DNA of 63,641 bases, counting the filler, from Octopus bimaculoides (lineage: Eukaryota): NCBI RefSeq assembly GCF_001194135.2. It is 5 parts of 4 records of this genome, joined end to end, with 100 filler letters (N's around TTAATTAATTAA, not from the genome) between each part and the next. Parts side by side here need not be neighbours in the genome. Positions count along the whole stretch, not along the records: positions 1 to 15,338 come from NC_068992.1; positions 15,439 to 25,977 come from NC_069010.1; 3 more parts are not named here. One strand, written 5' to 3'. Below the pieces are notes generated by a model. That model did not search any database and was not told the DNA's origin. It saw only the letters and a program-made list of their open reading frames with translations. Position numbers and translations under genes: made by a program. Shown here piece after piece: positions 12,101 through 24,424 of the stretch (positions are counted from its first letter, which is position 1; every line of letters starts with the position of its first letter).

Positions 12101-14588
12101 TGGATAGTAAATTGTATATATACGCATGTATGTATATCGTATATCATGTCATCCATGATGACTTATCGTTTGTCTGTAGCGTCTAAAATAATTAGTAAGG
12201 CTTCATACATATATTAAGTAATAGCGAGAGTTTTATAGATATTTACAGCGTAGAAACAATCATTATCTTGTTTGAATTTAATTCTATCAGCCTCTTTGAG
12301 CTTTGTAGCGCTAATGTTAAATGAGCTTAGTTTCCTTGTTTGGTACGATCCCTCATATCTGTATCTGGAGTGCATGTTATAATTTCAGGGAGATTGACTT
12401 CCGTTTCATGTCGGTCGAGCGACAATACAGAAGTCTCTTTATTGGTTTGAATGCAGTAAACCTTTATCTATAACGAAAAGCAAATCAAGAATGATGTAAA
12501 TAAAGAATTATAGAAATTTTAGCACCCCTAAACTGTTTACTGCATGACATATCCTGTAACAAAATGCAAATATAATATCGTCACGAAAACGCAGTAAATT
12601 ATAGAGAAATAATAGCATATATTTTTACAATGACAATAGACATATCTTGAAAATTATCNNNNNNNNNNNNNNNNNNNNNNNNNNNNNNNNNNNNNNNNNN
12701 NNNNNNNNNNNNNNNNNNNNNNNNNNNNNNNNNNNNNNNNNNNNNNNNNNNNNNNNNNNNNNNNNNNNNNNNNNNNNNNNNNNNNNNNNNNNNNNNNNNN
12801 NNNNNNNNNNNNNNNNNNNNNNNNNNNNNNNNNNNNNNNNNNNNNNNNNNNNNNNNNNNNNNNNNNNNNNNNNNNNNNNNNNNNNNNNNNNNNNNNNNNN
12901 NNNNNNNNNNNNNNNNNNNNNNNNNNNNNNNNNNNNNNNNNNNNNNNNNNNNNNNNNNNNNNNNNNNNNNNNNNNNNNNNNNNNNNNNNNNNNNNNNNNN
13001 NNNNNNNNNNNNNNNNNNNNNNNNNNNNNNNNNNNNNNNNNNNNNNNNNNNNNNNNNNNNNNNNNNNNNNNNNNNNNNNNNNNNNNNNNNNNNNNNNNNN
13101 NNNNNNNNNNNNNNNNNNNNNNNNNNNNNNNNNNNNNNNTATATATATGTATGTATGTCTGCGTGCGTCTGTGCTTGTATATATGCATGTTGGTACGTCT
13201 GAATGTAGGTGTGTGTATACACGTGTACATGTACGCACACACAAACATGCCTATGGTTGTATGTAAGGAAGAGAGCTTCTCTTTGTGGTGTGTATTGAAA
13301 ACATGACTGTCTCAGGTTTATTTTTTGATAAAATTTTATCAGTTTTTCCCCATAGTTCCTTTCAGCTTGTTTGGAAATAAACTTTTTAAATCCATCATCA
13401 GCGTTTCTAACCCTTCCTAATCCCAGCTCCAGGATGAAGGAATGACAGGATGTGTTGTTTTATAATATTCTGGGACCCTATGATTTGTGGATACATCACA
13501 GGCAAGATTTGAATTTTGATACTAGATTTATGCGTTACCAAACTGGTATATATTTTAGCTCGTTACTATTGTGCCTATAATTTGACATTGTGCTGTCTTA
13601 TGTTTTTTGCAACCAGAGCCATGTTTCTTTTTATTTTTTAAATATTAATTTGTATATTCATATTCACGATGGCTCTGCCAACTAAATAAATTGAAATATT
13701 ACAAACTGTCACTGTGGAAGCCGTGAAAGACTTTCTGAAAATCATGATCGAGGATTTAAAAAATTTGTCAACATGTTTCAAGATGTTCATCTGTAAGAGA
13801 CAAATGACTTCACAGACACAGAAGTGTACAATGGCTCGAACACACACACACGCACACACACACACACACACACATACACACACACACACACACACACATA
13901 TATATNNNNNNNNNNNNNNNNNNNNNNNNNNNNNNNNNNNNNNNNNNNNNNNNNNNNNNNNNNNNNNNNNNNNNNNNNNNNNNNNNNNNNNNNNNNNNNN
14001 NNNNNNNNNNNNNNNNNNNNNNNNNNNNNNNNNNNNNNNNNNNNNNNNNNNNNNNNNNNNNNNNNNNNNNNNNNNNNNNNNNNNNNNNNNNNNNNNNNNN
14101 NNNNNNNNNNNNNNNNNNNNNNNNNNNNNNNNNNNNNNNNNNNNNNNNNNNNNNNNNNNNNNNNNNNNNNNNNNNNNNNNNNNNNNNNNNNNNNNNNNNN
14201 NNNNNNNNNNNNNNNNNNNNNNNNNNNNNNNNNNNNNNNNNNNNNNNNNNNNNNNNNNNNNNNNNNNNNNNNNNNNNNNNNNNNNNNNNNNNNNNNNNNN
14301 NNNNNNNNNNNNNNNNNNNNNNNNNNNNNNNNNNNNNNNNNNNNNNNNNNNNNNNNNNNNNNNNNNNNNNNNNNNNNNNNNNNNNNNNNNNNNNNNNNNN
14401 NNNNNNNNNNNNNNNNNNNNNNNNNNNNNNNNNNNNNNNNNNNNNNNNNNNNNNNNNNNNNNNNNNNNNNNNNNNNNNNNNNNNNNNNNNNNNNNNNNNN
14501 NNNNNNNNNNNNNNNNNNNNNNNNNNNNNNNNNNNNNNNNNNNNNNNNNNNNNNNNNNNNNNNNNNNNNNNNNNNNNNNNNNNNNNNN

Positions 14589-14634
<46 letters not shown>

Positions 14635-14654
14635 ACGAGAGAGAGAGAGGTTGA

Positions 14655-14790
14655 ATGTCCGTAGTTATGGATTTGCGCACACGGTCGCACAATCATGGTT
14701 TCGCTTCTCACAGCGGCGCACTATGCTCTTGAGCAAAACATTTTATTCCACGTTGCCCCAGTTCTGTCACCTGTAAATGGGTAACACTGT
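14655..14790 (+). mobile_element. Degenerate SINE family H-like copy
   Basis: GCTCTTGAGCAAAACATTTTATTCCACGTTGCCCCAG..TGTAAATGGGTA matches the body of the 9845 copy. Confidence 0.5.
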
Positions 14791-15046
14791 GAAGTATTGG
14801 TGTTCTATTTAGAGGCGAGGTTAACCTGGTCAGCGAGGAAGCATAATTCGAAAGATACAAATTTGCAAGAAAGTGCATTTGGATTAGCCATCCATAGCCA
14901 TCGAAAGTCTGGTCGATAGACTGATCTCCCTCTCTCTCTCTCTCTTTCTCTCTATCTATCTGTCGGTTTGTCTATATATGTATCTATGTATCTGTCTGAC
15001 TGTCTGTCTGACTGTCTGTCTGACTGTCTGTCTGACTGTCTGCCTG

Positions 15047-15094
<48 letters not shown>

Positions 15095-15338
15095 CAAGAA
15101 TAAGGGCAGGGAATCGTCAATTAATAATAGAATTAATAATTAACAATTTTGCCAAGTAGTTCAGTATGAAAAAACCTTTATCGGTAAAACCATTTATCAT
15201 CATAAATATACAGGGATTAGCATTGAGTTGCTTCTCCAACATACTGAAAATTTAGAAATAGCAGTCAAAGAACTACTGATTCCAAACTACAAATTTTTCT
15301 CTAAATGGATGGCAATATCTATGGCACACATAGAACAA

Positions 15339-15438
15339 NNNNNNNNNNNNNNNNNNNNNNNNNNNNNNNNNNNNNNNNNNNNTTAATTAATTAANNNNNN
15401 NNNNNNNNNNNNNNNNNNNNNNNNNNNNNNNNNNNNNN
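15339..15438. other. Artificial contig/scaffold-joining linker (44 N + TTAATTAATTAA + 44 N)
   Basis: Six-frame-stop 12-mer at 15383-15394 centred in exactly 100 bp; the same construct occurs four times. Confidence 0.95.
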
Positions 15439-15579
15439 CGTTATGACGTCATCCAGGAAAGTTTTCCTTCCTGCAGGTAAGACGCACGCAAGTTCAAACC
15501 GCATCTTCTCTCCTACCTGCTTCTTTATCTCCATTCATTTTTCGTTTCTGTCATTGGACTGCCGCCATACTGGGGCATC

Positions 15580-16430
15580 GCCTCGAAGGCTTTTCATCCA
15601 ACGAATCGACTCTTTCATCTTTTATTATTATTTTACTTGGCCACAGTCTCTGGTCTGTGGCCAAGCTGGGGCACAGCCTTGAAGTAGAGGCCTTTTTTTT
15701 TTTAGTCAAACAAAATCGACTTCTTATGTTTTTCTCTTCTTTTCTTTTGTCTTAATTTTTTCTTTTCATCTTTTTACTATGTCTGGGGCTTAATTCCATC
15801 ATTCTCGTTCGCCAAACCGCTAAAGTCACGGTTACGTAAACAAACCGACTGCGGTCGACAAGCGGTGGTAGAAGGAACAAACGCAACACAAACACAGACT
15901 ATCTATCAATCTATCCATTTATCCATCTATTTATCTCTCTATCCATCTATTTATGTATGTATGTATGTATGTATGTATGTACGTATCCATCTATCCATCT
16001 ATGTATTTATCTGTCTGTCTGTCAGCCTATCAACCGATATTAACGTTTGTTTTTAAGTTCAATTATAATAAAACCAAATTTACATTAATACTTTTATGTA
16101 GTTGACAGTGACATCGAAGTTTCGGCCATTATGCCATCGTATAAGAACATCTATCTATCTATCTAGCTAGCTATTTATCCATCCATACAAACACACATAG
16201 ACAAGAGACAGAAAATGGAATTCACGAGATACTTTATTATTCAAATGCACTACGATTGTTTCGACTTATCTTGCACCTGAAGCTCACAGGTGAGACCCTG
16301 CACAATTGCATCACAGGTGTACACTGCCTCTCCTTGGGTGACATTTTGAACAACTCCCTCGCTTTGTTCTCCTCGCCATTTCACCTATTTTACAAGCACA
16401 CATTCACATCTTTTCACACACAGACGTACC

Positions 16431-16505
<75 letters not shown>

Positions 16506-17950
16506 GATGGGCTTCTATTCAATTTCCGTCAACAAAATTCACTGACAAGGTTTCAGTCGGCCAGGAGCTACGGAGAAGATATTCGCCCCAAGTGCAGGGC
16601 AGTGGGACTGAAACCGAATGCATGAGGTTGTGATGCAAGCTCCTTACCCACCCAGCCACACCTGCAATAGTGGTGGTGGTGGTGGTGGTGGCTTGGGTGA
16701 TGGAGGTGGGTTATTTAAATTTGCAAAATCTTTAAATATTTGCTTCGGACCATCCTTTTGTCCGTCATCTCTTCCCGTTGGTCATCTTTTCCTTGTTTTG
16801 ATTCAGTCCACCCTGGTCGCTCCTATGAGTAAAGCCGTTCTGACCATAGCCTTCCTTCCTATCGTTTATTCCGAGATATACTTTACCCCTCATCTTTGAG
16901 TTGCTGATAGAATATAATACCAGTGAAATACTAGGGTACATTTAATATTCCAATAAAACATCCGAGATGTCAACTGGAATTATAATAGAAGGCTGTGGCT
17001 ACTTAGAGACGCCCTCATTGGTTTGTATAAGAACCAGTTAAGTACTGGGTTGATTTAAGATTATAATTAAAAATATATTTTACAGTAATGTGTGATTTAA
17101 GCATAATTTGGCTGCTATTTTTAGCATGTTTCGCAACCACATAGTGGCTCACATGCTGGTTCTTCATCGTTGGTGGTCATATTTAGCCCCCGGTCAATCT
17201 TGTTCCTATAGACATGTAATAAAAGACTTCCCATCGGGGTTCATCAATTTTGTATTCTCCAATGCAGCCTTCATTTTTTTTGTGATGGTTTCAACCGTTA
17301 TTTCTAGCGGTTCGTGAGGATTCCTTCGTGTTGCTCATGTTGTTATTGTTGTTGTTGGGNNNNNNNNNNNNNNNNNNNNNNNNNNNNNNNNNNNNNNNNN
17401 NNNNNNNNNNNNNNNNNNNNNNNNNNNNNNNNNNNNNNNNNNNNNNNNNNNNNNNNNNNNNNNNNNNNNNNNNNNNNNNNNNNNNNNNNNNNNNNNNNNN
17501 NNNNNNNNNNNNNNNNNNNNNNNNNNNNNNNNNNNNNNNNNNNNNNNNNNNNNNNNNNNNNNNNNNNNNNNNNNNNNNNNNNNNNNNNNNNNNNNNNNNN
17601 NNNNNNNNNNNNNNNNNNNNNNNNNNNNNNNNNNNNNNNNNNNNNNNNNNNNNNNNNNNNNNNNNNNNNNNNNNNNAATCCCTGTTATATTTTTAGAATT
17701 GAATATTTTTAGGGAATTGTCTAAAAAGAATTTAAAAGAAATTATCTTTTTTTCTCTATATATAAACGCACACACATCCGACAGCTTTCTTTCAGTTTCC
17801 GTCCACCAAATCCATTCGGAAGGCTTTGGTCTGCCCAAAACCACAGTAGAAGACACTTACTTGCCCTCTCCCCAAGGTGCCACACGGTGGGACTGAACCC
17901 GAAGCCATAGGATCGGGAAGAAAGCTTCTTACCACACAATCACGGCTGAG
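15580..17950 (-). mobile_element. Several partial SINE family B copies (about 15580-15900, 16500-16640, 17770-17950)
   Basis: Reverse-complement blocks TTTCAGTTTCCGTC.ACCAAAT, CCCAAGGTGCC, GGGACTGAACC, CTTACCACA; spacers are unrelated sequence. Confidence 0.7.
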
Positions 17951-17989
17951 AAGTATAAACAATTTATCGCACATGAAGTTTAACAAACT

Positions 17990-18046
17990 TTTGTATGGAC
18001 CCCGGCCAAGGGACATATGTGGACCCCGGTGGGTTGAGAACCAATG
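17990..18046 (-). mobile_element. hAT (Charlie-like) terminal fragment
   Basis: Minus strand CATTGGTTCTCAACCCACCGGGGTCC resembles the CAGTGGTTCTCAACC hAT terminus. Confidence 0.45.
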
Positions 18047-18330
18047 GTTTAAACGCTCCGACGGTTTGTGTGCGGTTACGTTGTGTTGTTGTGGTTGTTG
18101 TGGTGGTGGTGGTTTTAACTTTGTCGTGATAAGAGAGCCTCCACCCATGATTCGAACTGTGTCGGGTGGGTGCATCCATGCCGAAGTCGCCCTTCCAAAA
18201 CATGGGTAAACCAACAACGCCAAAAGCTTGCGTATTCGATCGGGTTAAGACCGCAATTCCGTGCGCACTGTTACCTCGGAAACAGATCGGACTTCGAATC
18301 ATAACCTTTATGTGAAATGGCACGGTCCAT

Positions 18331-18840
18331 CCAGGGCCGGATTAAGACCCATAGAGGCCCTAAACATTTAAAAGTTTCGAGTACCCCCATATATACATGC
18401 AATTCAAAATATAAACAACAATATATCAGAAAACCAATTTATGTTTTCGATGGAAAATAATGTTTCTTATTTTTTTTTATTTTGTATACTTCCACTTTAT
18501 TTATATTTGGAAGGTTTTCTCCGACTTTTTTTAATTGCAAAGTCTTTGATCAAATCCTCAAAATTAATCTTAGGTAATACATCTTCTCTAAAGAGCTGGA
18601 TTAATATCCAAAGGGGCCCTAAGCCTCTAAAAAGACTTTGGTGCCTCCATGTATATATGTAATTCAAAAGATTAACGACAAAAAAACCATAAAATAAATG
18701 TTTATTTTCCAAAATGAAACAAAACAGAAAGATGGAAAATAACGTTTCTTTTTTGTCTCCCTCCACTTTATTTATATTTGATAAGTTTTCTCCTATTTTT
18801 ATTTTTATTGCAAAGCCCTTGATCAGATCCTCACTGTGGC
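18331..18840 (+). repeat. Diverged tandem dimer of an approximately 260-bp unit
   Basis: GGGCCGGATTAA..GGCCCTAA / GAGCTGGATTAA..GGCCCTAA and GATGGAAAATAA..CCACTTTATTTATATTTG..TTGCAAAG..TTGATCA.ATCCTCA each occur twice. Confidence 0.75.
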
Positions 18841-19224
18841 ACCGTGAACACTTTGAAATTATATTTCCAATCAGAGAAACCACTTTGAATATTATGTTAG
18901 GAAGTTTTAAATGATTTCTTTTGTGCCGTAAACCTTTTACTACTTCTGTGGTCGCCCCCCGCCTCCTTCCGACTTGAAGTTCTAAGCACATGCTTATTTG
19001 GGTTAATGGTTAATTCATCGCTAGGTTCATATTGTGGACCGAGCATCATGGGTTTTCGAACTCTACACCGGAGGAGTGCTTCACTCGGATGTGGACCAGC
19101 TACTGTTTTAGCTTAGTGGGGTAACATTTTGAGTCGCTTTCAACCGCCCACTGCGAGATCCAATGCTCGTCCTCGCTCAGAATGCCGTGTCTCGGGGCCG
19201 GAGTTGTGGTGCACCTCTTTGTGA

Positions 19225-19735
19225 AATATTCTCTGTGACGATATTGTGACTTTGTGATGTTGTGAGGTGTTCTATCTTGTAGTGTGACATTGTAGTTTTT
19301 ATTTTTAAATTATTGCGATGTCGGGTGTTGTTAAGAGTTTATGTTGTGCGTTGAAACGTGAGGTTGCGTTGTGTCTTGTGATGTGATGTGAAGGTTGTGT
19401 TGAAGTAAGGATATATTGTTAGGTCGCTTTGTGGTGTGTTGTGTCGTCAAGTGTTGCTGTGTGTTGGGCTGTAGAGGTGTTGCGTTGTTTTGCTTTTGTT
19501 TTGCTGTGGTGGGATATTGTTTTGTTGCGAAGAGGCGTTGTTATGGAGTTGCTTCGTGTTGTGGTATTGTGCTGTAATATTGTGATGCTGTTGAGATGTT
19601 CTATTATCTTGAAATTATTGTGACTTTGTGGGTTTTTTTGATATTGTTGAGTCTTGTTGTGATGTGATGTGACGTTTGTGATATAAAGAAGCTCTGTCTT
19701 CTTGGACGATGTGCTTTTGTTGTGACGAAAGGTTC
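19225..19735. repeat. Degenerate TG-rich pentamer-like satellite (TGTTG/TGTGA)
   Basis: C-poor plus strand with recurring GTTGT/GTGAT units. Confidence 0.7.
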
Positions 19736-20037
19736 CGTTGTTCTGACATCACTGTATTTTCCCCACTTTCTTATTAACTAAGCCGGTAGGAAGAGGCAGT
19801 AGCCATAACTTTCACAGACCCCACCTATTTCCGACCCCACCCCGTCAATCTTCTGCTGTGTCAAAGTCAATGGCAACAGGCAAAACAATACGGAGTGAGC
19901 GAGTTCCGGAGGGTTAACGTTCGGAGGAGATAGGATTGTACTGTTGTGAAATTAACCGTACTCTACTCATCAGGTAAAGGTAGCGCCTGCCAGTCTCTGT
20001 GTCTGTCTGTCTGTCTATTTGTTTCTTTGCGCATACA

Positions 20038-20119
<82 letters not shown>

Positions 20120-20861
20120 CACATACATGCACGCAAATAATATATACATATATATACTATATATCTAAATATTTATATCTATCTATATCTATATATGTGT
20201 ATATATATGTATATTATATACATATATACACACACACACACATATACACATACATACATATGTGTTGAAAATGTGTATAAATATATGAGTGCATATTTAT
20301 ACACACACACGCACACACACACGTATATATATATATACATATATGTACACGCTCACACGCGTGCACACACACACACACACACACACGCATATACAGGTAC
20401 ATCGTTGGTTGCTTCCAAATCCATTCCGGATGACCGATTTTTCCAAAGCAGGTGTGGTCCTACTCTTAATCAAACAAAAAGGTTAAACTTTAATTAAAAG
20501 GAATACAGGCATCAATATATATACATATATACATTCAGTATAAATGGCACAAGTTCATTAACACTGTGCCGTGCCAGGTAACCAGTCTGGTGGACGCCGG
20601 GATTTGAAATTTCTCCTTGTAAAATACTGCGGATTATATGAGGTTACGGATTATCGGAATCCGGAAAGTTCGTGTTGTACTTTAAAAAAAAAAGATAAAA
20701 AGCATGTTCTTCATAATTTCTTACACAAAATTGTAATTCATTAAAAAAAAAATGGTAAGAAACAGCTTTGGAAAAGTATTTTTAACGTAAATTTTTTCCT
20801 TTAAAAAGTTTGACAACTTATGGCAATTTTTCCGTGTGAAATAGGGAGAGAGAAAAATGGT

Positions 20862-21095
20862 TCGATGTAATAATATAACATCTGAACAACATCACAATAT
20901 TACAGCACAACATTACAACACCACGACAATACCACAACACGAAGCAACCCCATAACAACGCCTCTTCACAACAAAACAATATCCCACCACAGCAAAACAA
21001 AATGCTTGGGGCCTCTTTGGATCTGAATCCAGTTCTTTAGAGAAGATGTGTTACTTATTAAGATTAATTTTGAGGATTTGATCAAAGACTTTGCA
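20862..21095 (-). repeat. Inverted duplicate of 18535-18625 joined to 19495-19615
   Basis: Direct reverse-complement comparison of both blocks by eye. Confidence 0.8.
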
Positions 21096-21316
21096 ATATT
21101 TTCATGTCTATCCATCTATCGAACCATCAATTTTATATTATATAATATACAATATATGTATGTGTATATATGTAATGTGCATACATATATATATATACAT
21201 GTATATATATACACACACACACACTTATGTATATGTATGTATTTTAGAGTATATTATATATGCGTATATATTTATATATACGCATATATAGTACATATAT
21301 ATGTACGATATGGTAT

Positions 21317-21366
<50 letters not shown>

Positions 21367-22154
21367 NNNNNNNNNNNNNNNNNNNNNNNNNNNNNNNNNN
21401 NNNNNNNNNNNNNNNNNNNNNNNNNNNNNNNNNNNNNNNNNNNNNNNNNNNNNNNNNNNNNNNNNNNNNNNNNNNNNNNNNNNNNNNNNNNNNNNNNNNN
21501 NNNNNNNNNNNNNNNNNNNNNNNNNNNNNNNNNNNNNNNNNNNNNNNNNNNNNNNNNNNNNNNNNNNNNNNNNNNNNNNNNNNNNNNNNNNNNNNNNNNN
21601 NNNNNNNNNNNNNNNNNNNNNNNNNNNNNNNNNNNNNNNNNNNNNNNNNNNNNNNNNNNNNNNNNNNNNNNNNNNNNNNNNNNNNNNNNNNNNNNNNNNN
21701 NNNNNNNNNNNNNNNNNNNNNNNNNNNNNNNNNNNNNNNNNNNNNNNNNNNNNNNNNNNNNNNNNNNNNNNNNNNNNNNNNNNNNNNNNNNNNNNNNNNN
21801 NNNNNNNNNNNNNNNNNNNNNNNNNNNNNNNNNNNNNNNNNNNNNNNNNNNNNNNNNNNNNNNNNNNNNNNNNNNNNNNNNNNNNNNNNNNNNNNNNNNN
21901 NNNNNNNNNNNNNNNNNNNNNNNNNNNNNNNNNNNNNNNNNNNNNNNNNNNNNNNNNNNNNNNNNNNNNNNNNNNNNNNNNNNNNNNNNNNNNNNNNNNN
22001 NNNNNNNNNNNNNNNNNNNNNNNNNNNNNNNNNNNNNNNNNNNNNNNNNNNNNNNNNNNNNNNNNNCATTGTTATGATCGGCCATTATTATGATTGACCG
22101 TTGACTGAACACTATTCAATTTTTTTCTCCGTGTTTTTCTCCTTGTCTCCGTAT

Positions 22155-22191
22155 TCTTTCTGTTGAAGAGCGTAGCTCGAAACGTCAAAGA
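22155..22191 (+). ncRNA. Minimal type-I hammerhead ribozyme motif (one core substitution), PLE-LTR/retrozyme-like
   Basis: TCTTT-CTGTTGA-A-GAG-CGTAG-CTC-GAAAC-GTC-AAAGA: stem I TCTTT/AAAGA, stem II GAG/CTC, palindromic ACGT stem III, GUC cleavage triplet; A6 replaced by T. Confidence 0.65.
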
Positions 22192-24342
22192 CTTTCCGTA
22201 TTCCCGAGCGTCATACTAATATATACTTTTGTTATTTACACCACCTGTCCTCGTCTGTTGTTATTATTTGTATATTCTCCCATATATATATATATAGATA
22301 GATGCACACACTCATAGAAACGTATATGTCCCATTGTATATTTCTTGATTGAAGCAGTTCGGTTTGATACTCTCTAAATGTTTAAATAACATCCACAATT
22401 TCGCTTTGCAATACGTTTCTCTGTTTTTCTCGCCAAAGTCACCGATGAAAGACACTTCTTGGAGTCGTCGTAAGTTTCGGTCTTCCTTGCCACATAAACA
22501 TTATTCCTGACTTTCGTATATTTGTACAACCTTCTACCGACGCTGAACACCACGACTTCGTTCTTGTTTTACTAAATTAAAGAAAATAACCAAATGGAAA
22601 ACCTTAAACCTTTTACACTCATATATTCTAATAAGTAATGTTGTCGGCCAGAAAAGACAATGACTTGGAATTGAAATCACATCCATACGCTTTTAAATTT
22701 TTGTTTGTTGGAATATTTTTTTATTATATCGTGTATTCCTTTTCATAATTAAATGTCTGAGAGAGGTTGCAGTTCAGTTATTAATATAAATAATTAACAA
22801 ATAACTTCATCCTTGCAATGAAATTTTAAAAATGTATCTACACCATATTTCGAACAGTTTGATCTCCATCCATTATTAGCTGTTTTATTCCTCGATATGT
22901 ATTAACCACATCTTCAAAGCACCTACAAGATTTACATCTATTCTGCGCATCAATTAGTTTGATCTCTGATAGGCATCAGGTGTCTTATTTCTGGATGTGG
23001 ACACAGCACCGGTCTGGATTAGAACTTTTAATCTTTACTCTATATATTTATAATATTTACGTCTAAGTTTGATCTGTGATAGTCACCAAATGACTTGTCT
23101 GAGAGAGGTTGCAGTTATTAATATAATAATTAACAAATAACTTGATCCTTGCAATGAAGGCGTATGCAGTGATTAGTAGAATTAGAACCTGGAACATTTA
23201 TTTCAAAACTAAAAGCAATGATAGCATTGTGCGTAAAAAAAAATGTAAAAAAACCCCAGAAAAACGTAACGGCTCCTGGATTGCAAAGGCGACTACTGTG
23301 AGTTCAAACCTAGTGTCACGTATAGACCCAGGAAAAAGATATCTAAGGAACATCAGTAACCAAACCACAAGAAGCGCAGCGGCCATGCTGGGGCACTGGT
23401 GAAGGACAGCGTTGTTAGGCAGTTTTTTTACGCTATATTTTGCGGTATTTCATCCAGAATAACATTGTTGTCTATGTCGGTGCTTTGACAGATGTACTGT
23501 CAACTGAATGTGTGTGTATGTATGTATATATATGTGTATATATATATATATGTGTGTGTGTANNNNNNNNNNNNNNNNNNNNNNNNNNNNNNNNNNNNNN
23601 NNNNNNNNNNNNNNNNNNNNNNNNNNNNNNNNNNNNNNNNNNNNNNNNNNNNNNNNNNNNNNATATATATATAAATAAATATTGATATATTTACATATAT
23701 ATTTATATATATACATTTATATAGAGATTTATATATATAATATATATGACCTTAGTAAGTTCTTACATGTATGTATGTATGTATGTATGTATGATCCAGA
23801 TTCTTCATCTCTTACACACACACACCCACCCACACCCACAAAGCCCCTCCCCCTTTCTCACATCAATCCGCCATATTCGACGCGTTGAATCTCGTCGCCA
23901 GTTTTCGCTCCGCTCCCACGCTTCGGCATCAATCGTTCGGATTGTACAACTTTAGAGAAACCTCACCCGAGATACTCGGCCACTGGAATTCACATAGAAC
24001 AACTACTAACAAGTCTGTATGTCTTTTCTTTTACCTTCGTTGAGTTCATCTTTTCTCTTTTTCTCTCTGGTAATCTTTGTCACTTGTTTTCGTCATTGAA
24101 CTCCGACCACGCTTCAGCACCGTCATCGGGTGGGGAGTATGCATGGATATAAGTGGGTAGGTAGGTGGGTAGATAGGTAGATGGATGCATGCATGGATGT
24201 AAGTGGGAAGGTAGGTAGGTAGGTAGATGTGTTTGTATATGTGTGTATGTATGAGCAAGTATCAATTATGTGTGTGTGTATGTATGTATGTATGTATGTG
24301 TGTATGTATGTATGTGTGTGAGTACGTACGTATGGATGTATG

Positions 24343-24424
<82 letters not shown>

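Noticed and set aside
13360-13405. Minus-strand CTGATGA-TGGA..TCCA-AACAAGCTG hammerhead-like string
   Set aside because: GAAA and NUH are missing, stem I is absent and the flank lacks the family's pyrimidine tract; too degenerate to call.
12599-14711. Long ORFs in the track (also around 21-22 kb, 24 kb, 30 kb, 52 kb, 54 kb and 62 kb)
   Set aside because: They run through N gaps and microsatellites (poly-X, HTHT, IYIY, poly-N/I); not coding evidence.
22376-22570. 59-codon open minus-strand frame next to the hammerhead repeat
   Set aside because: It begins right after a stop at the apparent acceptor, has no ATG and no recognisable motif.
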